IMG/VR virus record: IMGVR_UViG_3300028654_000001
Coordinates: 124,001 to 188,000 of that record
Strand: one strand, 5' to 3'
Length of the DNA stretch: 64,000 nt
Part shown: positions 27,660-36,164 of the stretch, in pieces
Layout: every line of letters begins with the position of its first letter
Position numbering within the stretch: position 1 is the first letter of the stretch
Made by a program: the position numbers and the translations under genes
The notes under the pieces: generated by a model
Told to the model about the DNA's origin: nothing
Databases searched by the model: none
The model's input: the letters and a program-made list of their open reading frames with translations, nothing else

Positions 27660-27676
27660 TCTAGGTTTTCCTTGAC
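27658..27676 (+). promoter_or_regulatory. duplicated 19-bp upstream element containing -35 TTGAC
   Basis: AATCTAGGTTTTCCTTGAC, identical to 28993-29011. Confidence 0.7.
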
Positions 27677-27748
27677 CGATCATTAGGACTCTGATTAGAT
27701 ACTCATGAATTGCTGGAGTTCTAATGAATACAAAATGAAGGACATTTA

Positions 27749-28153
27749 ATGACGAGTAAAAACGCAACTACTCTCACGGTAAACATGACTAGGGAGCCTG
27801 GTGAGAGGGGGTACGTCAAGGAATTGATTGAAAAGACGTGGGATTGGTCTATCAGCGATACAATTGCCTTTGCAAAGTCTCAGGGGAAGACCTTGAAAAG
27901 AGGACATGTCTACAATATCCGAACCCTAGTGAAGCATAAAGGTAAACCCACTAAACCAGCCCGCCTGGTTAGCTCAAAACCTCTCCTCACAGAAGATGGT
28001 TCCAGGTTGATTCCTGGGTACTCAACCGAACTCTACATCAAACCAACTGCCAACCCTGAGCAGGCAATGATCAATATCGTAGTTGAACTCGGTGCGTTGG
28101 GGGCCATGCAACTACTATACAAGACCCTTAGCAAAACCCGAAGACTGGGTTAA
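27749..28153 (+). CDS. putative DNA-binding protein, paralog 1 of 4
   Basis: MTREPGERGYVKELIEKT...IAFAKSQG...VYNIR...ELGALGA. Confidence 0.8.
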   Translation: MTSKNATTLTVNMTREPGERGYVKELIEKTWDWSISDTIAFAKSQGKTLKRGHVYNIRTLVKHKGKPTKPARLVSSKPLLTEDGSRLIPGYSTELYIKPTANPEQAMINIVVELGALGAMQLLYKTLSKTRRLG

Positions 28154-28168
28154 GAGATTGAGAACTCT

Positions 28169-28975
28169 ATGAGTAAGATGACAGGAAAACCTCTGGTTAA
28201 CTTGCATGAAGCTGGATTCAAGAGCCAACTAGCAGCGGACTACTTCCACGAAAGCATCCCCAAAACTGTACGGCTATATAGAAGTCGGGGAATCAAGGAT
28301 GCTGATAAGAAAATGGTGGTTAGGGGTAAGTATCTTATCCGAAAGTACCTAGAGATCATCCAGAATAAGGCCCGTCGCGGCGTCGGGGTGAGCCCGTGGC
28401 AGTTCAGTTACGATACTTTGGATCTGTCTGAAGAAGAAGCTCTGACCAGATCTTCTAGGTTGGGGGTAAGTATTAGCAACCCCTCATTAGTACATCACCG
28501 GAAGTTCATCATTAGGATGAGTAACCTCCCAGCAAGTATGCTGAGATCTCTCCGGAATAAACCAGAGAAAATCCGGAATGGTAAGCCCAAGCCTCAGACC
28601 TCTGTGAATACCTCTTCTCAGATCCAACCCTGCAATCTCGAAAGTTACCCCATCCTCACATCGGAGGACAAGAAGCGGTTCGCTCGTGAAACCCTTGGTA
28701 TGAATAAAGAAGAGGCCTTTCAACTAGCCCTGGCTCGAGGGTGGAACACTACCAGAAGGTACTTCTCCAAGCGGCGATTAATAGCCAGTAAAGAAGAAAT
28801 AGGGTTACGGTTTGTACCTGCAAGGCACACTTCACCAGTGGCTGTTGCGCCAAACTCACAGAATCCGTTGAGTATTCTCAGAGACTTGTACCGGAACTAC
28901 GGAGTTCCTCAACTCAAGGCTTGGGTTGATGACCTGATCCACGAGGCGGATAACGAACTAAACATCTTGTCATGA
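28169..28975 (+). CDS. putative DNA-binding protein, divergent multi-repeat paralog 2
   Basis: KKRFARETLGMNKEEAFQLALARG...; C-terminal LRDLYRNYGVPQLKAWVD. Confidence 0.75.
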   Translation: MSKMTGKPLVNLHEAGFKSQLAADYFHESIPKTVRLYRSRGIKDADKKMVVRGKYLIRKYLEIIQNKARRGVGVSPWQFSYDTLDLSEEEALTRSSRLGVSISNPSLVHHRKFIIRMSNLPASMLRSLRNKPEKIRNGKPKPQTSVNTSSQIQPCNLESYPILTSEDKKRFARETLGMNKEEAFQLALARGWNTTRRYFSKRRLIASKEEIGLRFVPARHTSPVAVAPNSQNPLSILRDLYRNYGVPQLKAWVDDLIHEADNELNILS

Positions 28976-28992
28976 ACGGATCAATGGTCAAC

Positions 28993-29011
28993 AATCTAGG
29001 TTTTCCTTGAC
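28993..29011 (+). promoter_or_regulatory. duplicated 19-bp upstream element
   Basis: AATCTAGGTTTTCCTTGAC. Confidence 0.7.
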
Positions 29012-29087
29012 TTCTAATGAACCGTCTGATTGAATCCTTGGTGATCCCCGTTGGTTACGGGTACTAACCGATTGAAAAGGAAGTCAA

Positions 29088-29513
29088 ATGGCAAAGAAGA
29101 TTCAAGTTCAGATGACCAACAAGCCCACGGAATCGGGCTATCGAAAGGAGTTGATCCGGAAGACCACTGCTTACCCTATTGAGGACGTCATCGCCTATGC
29201 CAAGGAGCTCGGCATCGAGTTGACGAAGAAGTACGTCTATACGACCCGTTGGTCACTCAAACACCCAAAGAAGTCGAAGAGAGCTTCGACGAAACGAGCT
29301 TTGAAGAAGGCTCCCGTTGTAGCCATCATAAAGGCAGAATCTACATCGGAATTCAAGAAGTCAGGTCGACAAGCGATACCCCCTCAAGGTGGGACTAACC
29401 ACCTGGTCTCTGAAAGGGCTATGGCCAAACTCATCCTCCAGTTGGGCACCCTCAGAGCTCGAGAGTTGATCGATCGAACAGAAGAGACCTTTCATAAAAA
29501 CCTAGGGATCTGA
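29088..29513 (+). CDS. putative DNA-binding protein, paralog 3
   Basis: MTNKPTESGYRKELIRKT...IAYAKELGIELTKKYVYTTR...LQLGTLRARELID. Confidence 0.85.
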   Translation: MAKKIQVQMTNKPTESGYRKELIRKTTAYPIEDVIAYAKELGIELTKKYVYTTRWSLKHPKKSKRASTKRALKKAPVVAIIKAESTSEFKKSGRQAIPPQGGTNHLVSERAMAKLILQLGTLRARELIDRTEETFHKNLGI

Positions 29514-29518
29514 GTCTC

Positions 29519-29923
29519 ATGCCCAAGAGAAAAGTTCAGATCGACATCCAAATGACTCGAAGACCCGGGGAATCTGGGTACAAGACCGAATTCATTCGGA
29601 AAACCTATCACTTGCCTGTGAAGGATATCCTAATCTTCGCCAGAGCGAGACATATAAAAGTCACCCCGGCAGAGATCTATACTACTCGATCCAACGATAG
29701 GAAAAAGGCTGCAGAGGGAAGGAGTCCTCAGCTCTTACCACCTTCAGCTCTGAAGTTACTCCCTGCAAAGGGTGCTCCGAAGACGGTTGTGAGGTTTGAC
29801 GCTTTTGAGAGCCCTCAACCTGAACGTGACTTCTTAAAACTTGTGCTTAGACTTGGAATCGTTCGATCCAAGGAAATAACTGACAACGCTCGAGAGCTCA
29901 TTCGAAAAGAGTTTGGGATCTGA
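29519..29923 (+). CDS. putative DNA-binding protein, paralog 4
   Basis: MTRRPGESGYKTEFIRKT...IYTTR...LRLGIVRSKEI. Confidence 0.85.
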   Translation: MPKRKVQIDIQMTRRPGESGYKTEFIRKTYHLPVKDILIFARARHIKVTPAEIYTTRSNDRKKAAEGRSPQLLPPSALKLLPAKGAPKTVVRFDAFESPQPERDFLKLVLRLGIVRSKEITDNARELIRKEFGI

Positions 29924-30172
29924 TACCCACTTGAGGCCCAAGCTCTAGGTTTGAGCCTTCTGAGCTTCCCGATTCCCGGCGGCGACCCCTTTATGACAGC
30001 GGGTCCCGTCGGGCTTGTTGTGGTCATAAATGGGTTTGGGGCTCGTGTGGACTGATGGCTCCCACTATCCCATCTTCCTACAGTTACAGTAAGGGCACGC
30101 CCACCGGCTACGTGAGGGCGGCCTGAGATCGATGTGGTAGGTCGAATCAATAAGTTGGAAGCTCATCATGAT

Positions 30173-30424
30173 TCAGAATTTTCTCACGGTTCTCGGAAGA
30201 GACTTTTTGTACTCCTCAACGCGTGACTGTCCCTTTGAGGTCACCGAAAGCAGCCCTTCTTGGCAATCAATGCAACCAGTCAAGGCCAAGCCAAGAAGAG
30301 CGCTGTCAAGCTCCTCACCAGTGTAGTTGTCGAAGGCCCTATCAATGTCTGACCGCACGGTGTTCTCACCCATTGCAATGAAGTACAGCACCTCATTGTT
30401 GATCTCTGCTTGTCGTTCGCTCAT
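30173..30424 (-). CDS. small winged-helix-like hypothetical
   Basis: ELDSALLGLALTGCI...LSVTSKG. Confidence 0.65.
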   Translation of the reverse strand: MSERQAEINNEVLYFIAMGENTVRSDIDRAFDNYTGEELDSALLGLALTGCIDCQEGLLSVTSKGQSRVEEYKKSLPRTVRKF

Positions 30425-30717
30425 GGGTTGTTCAATATCCTGTCAGCTTTGCCCGAGATGTAGAGGCTCTTTATCGCGATCCTGAGAGCATCAGGGCTGA
30501 GTACCTGCTGGGTTCGCTTACTGAACTCTGTCATCTTGGAGAAGTCAACGTCTGGCCACGAAGTGCCTATTTGATTGAGGTGAGGGAAGTCATTCAGGAT
30601 CGGAACTCCCATGTGGAAGAGAGCCACAGCAACCTGCTCTGACACTCGAGCCTTCTCGGTGTTGTTCACCAGGCACCAGGTTCCTTCACGGTCATAGGGT
30701 TGAGTCACGAAGAGCAT
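30421..30717 (-). CDS. hypothetical protein
   Basis: Start at the TAATG overlap with the upstream stop. Confidence 0.7.
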   Translation of the reverse strand: MLFVTQPYDREGTWCLVNNTEKARVSEQVAVALFHMGVPILNDFPHLNQIGTSWPDVDFSKMTEFSKRTQQVLSPDALRIAIKSLYISGKADRILNNP

Positions 30718-31238
30718 TAGGCGGCCTTCTTTCGGCGAGTATTCTTCGCTGGCTTCCGTAGGTATTCTATTTCCTTGATCCGAGCAGACACTGACGTTAG
30801 CCATGCCCGCTGAGAGATGGACGTCTTCATTCGATTCGACTTGGCGTACCTCAAAGCTCTCCTGACGGCCTCGAGCCAATCAGGTTGGATGTCACCTGGT
30901 AGGTTGCAGATGTTGCTGCTGCTACCAAACATAGTGTCCATCCTTCTTCCAATGTGACCGGATCTCATCGGAAAGTAGACACACCCATAACCCGTGTACT
31001 TCGAGCACGACTCTCGGTCTTCCCTAAGTTCAAGGCGGGTTTTCCATGGATCTGCTCGCCTCTCCTCGAGCCCAGGACTCGGAGGATAGTTAAGATCAAT
31101 ATCAACCAACTGGCCATTTTTCCATTCATACCCGCAACCAACCGTGAAGAACATCTGGTCTAAGACATCGTCTTCATTCAGGTAAAGGCTTGGCCACTCT
31201 ATGAGGGATTGGACTAGGGTGTCTCGATAGGTTGCCAT
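30717..31238 (-). CDS. hypothetical protein, leaderless
   Basis: ATG 5 nt after the class-I -10 element. Confidence 0.85.
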   Translation of the reverse strand: MATYRDTLVQSLIEWPSLYLNEDDVLDQMFFTVGCGYEWKNGQLVDIDLNYPPSPGLEERRADPWKTRLELREDRESCSKYTGYGCVYFPMRSGHIGRRMDTMFGSSSNICNLPGDIQPDWLEAVRRALRYAKSNRMKTSISQRAWLTSVSARIKEIEYLRKPAKNTRRKKAA

Positions 31239-31243
31239 GATTA

Positions 31244-31272
31244 GTACTACGTGTGAAAGGTCCGGATCTCAC
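31244..31272 (-). promoter_or_regulatory. class-I promoter motif
   Basis: GTGAGA-N17-TAGTAC-N5-ATG. Confidence 0.8.
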
Positions 31273-31281
31273 CTTAGATAG

Positions 31282-32226
31282 TTAGCTTCGAGCCTTATCT
31301 ACGATGTACTGATAGAGACTTGATCCATAACAGCCGTAGTTCTTGGCCAACCAGGTTTGGGCTTCTTCGAGGGTGACCGGATTCTCCGCTAGTCTCTGTT
31401 CGTACAGGACGTTTAGAGCTTCGTCCGTTCCCCAAATGTAATCCCGTTGGTCATCGTACATCGAGATCATTTCAGGGTAAACAACCAATCCGCTCTCGAG
31501 TTCGATCTTGGTGATGTACACCATGTGACCAAAGCCGTTCTTGTAGGATCCAACCTGAGTGCGAGTTCCTTTGGGTGCCGAGAGGCTGTCACTCTTGGTC
31601 AGACCTTCCAAAGGGGCGCGTGCTGTATTCATTGCCGCTTCAAGAGCTTGCTTGGCTGCTTGAGCCGCGTTGTCCTTGGCTGCCTTCTTGGTCTCTTCTT
31701 CCGTTGCCAGATCTTTAGCTTCTTGCTCGGTGGCATCTCGGTACCACATCTGAGTGTAGTACCCTTCATCCATCGGCAGACCAAATGAAAGTCCGTCTTC
31801 TTTGCAGTAATCGGTTTCCCAGCCTACAACTACCACTGGGATTCGCTTGCCTTGACTCTTGAGGTAACAGACCCGACCAACCGTGTCACCCTCATCACCT
31901 TCACGAGAGGAGCAGTACTTGCCTTCTTTGACACCCTCATGTTTAGGCTCCCGTCGACTCCGCCGACGGCCGCCGCTACCGGAAGATGATCTGCGAGTGG
32001 TGTTGGTTGGAGTTGATTGGCTTGAACTCGAACGAGGAGCACCCGTAGTTACTATGGAAGCATAGCAAAGACCATTGGATCCACGCCACACGATAGCAGC
32101 TACAGTCTCACTCTTGGTCTCCCCAGACCTCTTCGTTACGGTAACGGTTTGGCCAACCGTAAGGTTGCGCCCTGAGATACCCCAACTAGCATCACTCAGC
32201 TTCTTGTATGAGATTTCGTCGGCCAT
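31282..32226 (-). CDS. multi-domain hypothetical, leaderless
   Basis: N-terminal GQTVTVTKRSGETK domain, S/R-rich linker. Confidence 0.85.
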   Translation of the reverse strand: MADEISYKKLSDASWGISGRNLTVGQTVTVTKRSGETKSETVAAIVWRGSNGLCYASIVTTGAPRSSSSQSTPTNTTRRSSSGSGGRRRSRREPKHEGVKEGKYCSSREGDEGDTVGRVCYLKSQGKRIPVVVVGWETDYCKEDGLSFGLPMDEGYYTQMWYRDATEQEAKDLATEEETKKAAKDNAAQAAKQALEAAMNTARAPLEGLTKSDSLSAPKGTRTQVGSYKNGFGHMVYITKIELESGLVVYPEMISMYDDQRDYIWGTDEALNVLYEQRLAENPVTLEEAQTWLAKNYGCYGSSLYQYIVDKARS

Positions 32227-32231
32227 GCTCA

Positions 32232-32260
32232 ATATTACGCGTGAGGGGTTAGAATCTCAA
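32232..32260 (-). promoter_or_regulatory. class-I promoter motif
   Basis: TTGAGA-N17-TAATAT-N5-ATG. Confidence 0.8.
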
Positions 32261-32314
32261 CTTTTTCTTCAAAATATATGACTAGGCCATCAAGTCGGTG
32301 TACCCCTAGGTATC

Positions 32315-32590
32315 ATGGATGACCTAGACGATGATGACGATGACGACTTGGATGAAGACGACTTGGATGAAGACGATGACGAGGAAGACGATGAGGTCGA
32401 AGACTATGAACAGGACGTCCTTACCTTGCAGAGTAAGTGCCGAGAGTGCGCTCCTAACTACCCAGAGTGGCTCAAGAGGGATGTAGTCAAGTACATTAAT
32501 TCCTCCAGGTCAGACCTCAATAGACTATCGGAATTCCTTGGGGTTCATATGGGGGACCTTGTTGTTTGGAAGCGGAAGTTCGGGGTTTGA
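32315..32590 (+). CDS. protein with poly-acidic N-terminus
   Basis: First ~30 aa almost entirely Asp/Glu. Confidence 0.75.
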   Translation: MDDLDDDDDDDLDEDDLDEDDDEEDDEVEDYEQDVLTLQSKCRECAPNYPEWLKRDVVKYINSSRSDLNRLSEFLGVHMGDLVVWKRKFGV

Positions 32591-32602
32591 CCTCAACCGT
32601 TG

Positions 32603-33235
32603 CTACTCAGGCTTCACTAGCCGGAGAATAGGAGGCCCACTGATCCGCGCTGGTTGCTTGAAACACGCTGAAAAGCAACCAGCATTCCTATCGTTGGCTA
32701 GTACCCCACGAGACAGGTCGTTCAATCTCTTCAGGTTGACTCGGTACACCTTGTTGTCAGGATCAAGGCGGGAGGCCTCTTCCCAGGCCTCCTTGGCTCT
32801 CAGAGGTTCGTCTCTGTACAGGGTTAGACCTAGCTCGAACAACTCCAAAGCCCTGCCTGTATCCAGCTGAGGGGTCCCTATCAACACCGGTCGTAAGGAG
32901 GCTACCTTGAGAGGCCGGATTGATCGCTTTATGGTCGGACTGAACCGTTTCCAGATGCCTGGGACCTCACTAATCCTCTTTCCATGCTGGGCATTAGCAA
33001 CTTTGGCGATAAGCTCTCGAATGTTTGGTTTACTCTCAACGTCAGCATAACTACGCTCTACTCGGTCAATGACCTGACCTTCGTAGAGAACACAGGTAAC
33101 AATCAGCTTCTTGGGCTTCACTTCTTCCGTCTGAACGTGGACCCTAACATCAGCTATGCTAACGTTAGTATTCAGAACTACTATGTCCACTCCTTGATCG
33201 CTCGGAATCTGTACAAGGTTACCTGGGTTTGACAT
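32603..33235 (-). CDS. HVQTE-motif domain plus TPR-like protein
   Basis: VHVQTEE...SYAD...QH; LFELGLTLY...AKEAWEEASRLDPDNKVYRVNL; ends ILRLVKPE. Confidence 0.8.
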   Translation of the reverse strand: MSNPGNLVQIPSDQGVDIVVLNTNVSIADVRVHVQTEEVKPKKLIVTCVLYEGQVIDRVERSYADVESKPNIRELIAKVANAQHGKRISEVPGIWKRFSPTIKRSIRPLKVASLRPVLIGTPQLDTGRALELFELGLTLYRDEPLRAKEAWEEASRLDPDNKVYRVNLKRLNDLSRGVLANDRNAGCFSACFKQPARISGPPILRLVKPE

Positions 33236-33253
33236 AGTCCCTTCTTCAATGTA

Positions 33254-33282
33254 GTATTACGTATGAAGGGTACAATTCTCAA
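33254..33282 (-). promoter_or_regulatory. class-I promoter motif (leadered)
   Basis: TTGAGA-N17-TAATAC, then SD-like AAGAAGGGA before the ATG. Confidence 0.7.
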
Positions 33283-33480
33283 CTAAATACTTCAGAATTC
33301 TGGTTTTTGGTGAGAGCTCAGAGCCAATTGGTGTACATTGTGAAGTTTCTGGGTAATGCACAAGCTCTAAGGCTTACCTCAAGCAGGCGGAGATCATCGA
33401 GGGTCAGATCGAGGTTATGAAGAACACCCTCTACGCTCTTTTCGACCGAACTGTAATTAACTCAATGCTTCAGGAAAATG

Positions 33481-33509
33481 GTGAGATCCAAACGGCTCAA
33501 GCGTAGTAC
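33481..33509 (+). promoter_or_regulatory. class-I promoter motif
   Basis: GTGAGA-N17-TAGTAC-N5-ATG. Confidence 0.8.
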
Positions 33510-33514
33510 TGATC

Positions 33515-33682
33515 ATGAGTGGTTCATTGGTTACCCCAGATCAGAGGTCAGTGACGGAACAACTCAAGGACTTGATTGTCCTGGCTAATCAACATGGCCT
33601 GTATGACGCCGCTGATTGGGTTAAAACCCAATTGGAATCCGTGAGCCAAGTAGTAGAAAGTAGAACCAAGAGCCTAACATGA
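33515..33682 (+). CDS. 55-aa protein missed by the ORF track
   Basis: MSGSLVTPDQRSVTEQLKDLIVLANQHGLYDAADWVKTQLES...; ATGA coupling to the next gene. Confidence 0.75.
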   Translation: MSGSLVTPDQRSVTEQLKDLIVLANQHGLYDAADWVKTQLESVSQVVESRTKSLT

Positions 33683-33933
33683 ACTCCAAACAAGTAGCCC
33701 TCAAAGCCGCCAAACATCTCATGGATCTGGCAAGTATCCAAGATCAGGTAGCCAGGATATCTATAGGCTCTGATGGAAGGATTGATTCCAAGCGGTACGA
33801 TCGGAACAAGTTGGAGCTCACCGAGGTCTTCACCGAGGTCATCTTAGGTGTTCTGGACTCCAAAACAAGGTCCGCCGCCCTAGAGGCTTCAAAGAAAAAG
33901 TCCAATGGCACTACGCGCAAAAGTAAAGACTGA
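33679..33933 (+). CDS. hypothetical protein
   Basis: ORF track; coupled. Confidence 0.7.
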   Translation: MNSKQVALKAAKHLMDLASIQDQVARISIGSDGRIDSKRYDRNKLELTEVFTEVILGVLDSKTRSAALEASKKKSNGTTRKSKD

Positions 33934-33934
33934 G

Positions 33935-34066
33935 ATGAAAGGCAAAACATCCCGCTGGGTTACCCGCGAGGAGGCAAAGGTCGGCTCCAAGAAGGCTCGC
34001 CGACTTAACAGCAAGATTGAGGTCAAGGAGCGGTTGAAGGAAACTGACAAGAAGTCACAGACCTAG
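33935..34066 (+). CDS. 43-aa basic micro-protein
   Basis: MKGKTSRWVTREEAKVGSKKARRLNSKIEVKERLKETDKKSQT; 1 nt after the upstream stop. Confidence 0.55.
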   Translation: MKGKTSRWVTREEAKVGSKKARRLNSKIEVKERLKETDKKSQT

Positions 34067-34095
34067 CTGAGGTAACTGGTTTCCATATCACTAAT

Positions 34096-34172
34096 CCTAG
34101 ATGACAAGTTTCAACGACCCAAGGATCTCTACTTGGATGTCCCACGTAGGTAGTTCGAATCTACCGGCTAGT
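34096..34172 (+). ncRNA. tRNA-like element (degenerate)
   Basis: Perfect T-arm GGTAG-TTCGAAT-CTACC, CCAAG/CTTGG stem with 8-nt loop, partial acceptor pairing; no clean D-arm. Confidence 0.25.
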
Positions 34173-34290
34173 TACCTCAGCTAAGTCTGTGACTTGAAGG
34201 CAACAAGATGTGGGAAACTCCACTCGAGAGCCCTCTGAGCCCTCCTCTGTGGGGTTACCTTGGGCCTATTGACTTGGTACGTGAAACTTG

Positions 34291-34319
34291 GTGAGATCTA
34301 AACACCTCAAACGTAGTAC
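34291..34319 (+). promoter_or_regulatory. class-I promoter motif
   Basis: GTGAGA-N17-TAGTAC-N5-ATG. Confidence 0.8.
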
Positions 34320-34324
34320 TGTGC

Positions 34325-34585
34325 ATGAAGGCCAACCACACCCCTGTCAAGTACCGCCTCCGGCAACGAATCGGCAAGCTGCAAGGCAGGTTGGACGGGT
34401 GCTTCATTCGTAAGAGGGGCCGATTCTACGAGTTCTGCCGTGAATGTGAGAGAACCAACATTGAAGTCAACATGCACGACGGTCGGCACCGGCAGGGATG
34501 CTCCTTTGATGGACTCGAAGCTCAGATCGCCTACTACACGAGGCTCCTGAACGAGGTCACCGGCGGTCACCCCTGGAACGATTGA
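34325..34585 (+). CDS. zinc-finger hypothetical, leaderless
   Basis: CRECE...HRQGC. Confidence 0.8.
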   Translation: MKANHTPVKYRLRQRIGKLQGRLDGCFIRKRGRFYEFCRECERTNIEVNMHDGRHRQGCSFDGLEAQIAYYTRLLNEVTGGHPWND

Positions 34586-34607
34586 ACCGCTTGTGCGAAG
34601 GTCAGGT

Positions 34608-34823
34608 ATGCCGAACAAGCAAGTTGACTTCCGTGATGCTCACTACCAATGTGTCTCTTGCAACTTCCGGTGGACCGGAAGTCCAGGGGCCGTTACGTGC
34701 ATCAAATGCAACCACCTCTATGTAGATTGGTTAAATTACAAGACTTGTGCAGAAGCTTACCCAGCATTATGCCATGGGCCTATTGAGATGAATGCTTTTG
34801 GAGGATCAGCAGACCTCGCTTAG
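34608..34823 (+). CDS. zinc-ribbon protein
   Basis: CVSC...CIKCNHLYVDW. Confidence 0.7.
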   Translation: MPNKQVDFRDAHYQCVSCNFRWTGSPGAVTCIKCNHLYVDWLNYKTCAEAYPALCHGPIEMNAFGGSADLA

Positions 34824-34951
34824 GGCAGATAGACACGGCCCCATAGAATGGCAAAAAACTACAGGGTCGTGTCCACCCCCCTATTACGATCAAGTAGGGG
34901 TTTTGGTCAAGCTGTCGCACATATGGCCCGGTTTTTGCTGTTAAACTGAAC

Positions 34952-35302
34952 ATGCCGTCAAAGTCCCAGTTAGTGCGACGTAGCAATTCCAGCCTGACTA
35001 CCTCGAAGAGACTCAATCCACTCTATGTGGTCCCAGTCCCGAGGCTCTCTCCAGTCCTCCGTATCTGGGTGAACCCGGAGAACACAAGTGACATCCTAAC
35101 CTTCTCCATTATCTTCGGAGAGGGTAATGTAATCCTTTTACCGTATCCCAGTAAGGGAGTCATCGCATTGGAGTCAGGATGTGAGTACCGATTAAACCCT
35201 CGTATTCCGGTAGGTTATGTGTACGTCTCGAGCTCAGACGCCGGTGATGAAGATCTAGAACCGGGGTTTATACCCCCTGAAGGAGACTTATTTAGTCTGT
35301 AG
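34952..35302 (+). CDS. hypothetical protein
   Basis: ORF track; start uncertain. Confidence 0.45.
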   Translation: MPSKSQLVRRSNSSLTTSKRLNPLYVVPVPRLSPVLRIWVNPENTSDILTFSIIFGEGNVILLPYPSKGVIALESGCEYRLNPRIPVGYVYVSSSDAGDEDLEPGFIPPEGDLFSL

Positions 35303-35603
35303 CTTGAATACAGACTTCCTATTTTGGATCAGTTGACTCACGACAAATAACTCGTAGCAACTGATCCAATACCCACTCTGTTTCTCTGATATCTCGCTTT
35401 CAATCCGGTGTGGCCGGGGGCGAGGCACTACTATTCTTCTTGGCTAAGTCAGGAAACCCCTTGAACTTTGTTTCAGTTCGGTGTATACATAATGACAAGA
35501 CTTTCTCAAAATGCCAAAAGTTGGTGAGGTGGACAGGCCTTGTGATAGGTAGATCTCTGGCAGAGTTCTGTTGAAGATTCAACTCTTCAACCTTCCTATC
35601 ACA

Positions 35604-35645
35604 GGCCCGTCCCCTCGTTTTGGGTTGGCCAACCCTGGACAGGCC
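35604..35645 (-). ncRNA. hairpin related to 20185-20270
   Basis: GGCCCGTCC...GGACAGGCC enclosing GGGTT-GGCC-AACCC. Confidence 0.35.
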
Positions 35646-35726
35646 ATTTACACCAACCGTGCTTGTGTGTCAAGGATTAAGCAGGTTGCCCTAAAAATGC
35701 TACATTGTGGCATTTCCCTACAGTGC

Positions 35727-36042
35727 TTAGGCCCTAGCTAGGATACCCCGAACGTAAGCTTCACAAGACTTTTTGGCTTCCTCGAGTTCGTTGGTTGGAG
35801 TCTTGTAGGTGTTGGTTAGGGGGATCGGCGGGATAGACTTGTCATCTGAGGCAAGGCTCCCGTAGACCGCAGTCCAGTACCACCCATTGTACTCATTCCA
35901 TCCAGATGAGTTTGCGTACACCCGTCCAACATCAAAGCCATTGACCTTGAGAATAGCACCTCGAGGGGATTGGGTAATGCGTGCCCAACCCTTGCTCATT
36001 GGGCTGCTTTCTCCAAGTGAGCCGGTACTTCTTCTTTGCCAT
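35727..36042 (-). pseudogene. frameshifted paralog of the 36549-37103 C-terminal domain
   Basis: ATG at 36042 gives MAKKKYRLTWRKQPNEQGL; removing one G in GGGTTGGGCACG joins it to ARITQSPRGAILKVNG..., aligning with LVWRPERHEEGLARVIEPPRGANLFANG. Confidence 0.7.
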
Positions 36043-36047
36043 GCTAG

Positions 36048-36076
36048 ATAGTACGCGTAAGTGGCTCTGATCTCAT
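36048..36076 (-). promoter_or_regulatory. class-I promoter motif
   Basis: ATGAGA-N17-TACTAT-N5-ATG. Confidence 0.75.
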
Positions 36077-36164
36077 AAACTTTTTGTACCCCTGGGGTAT
36101 TTTGACTACAATACCCACGAATCTTGCTTGACAGGGTGGGTTTTATTCTGGTAACTTCGGCGGC

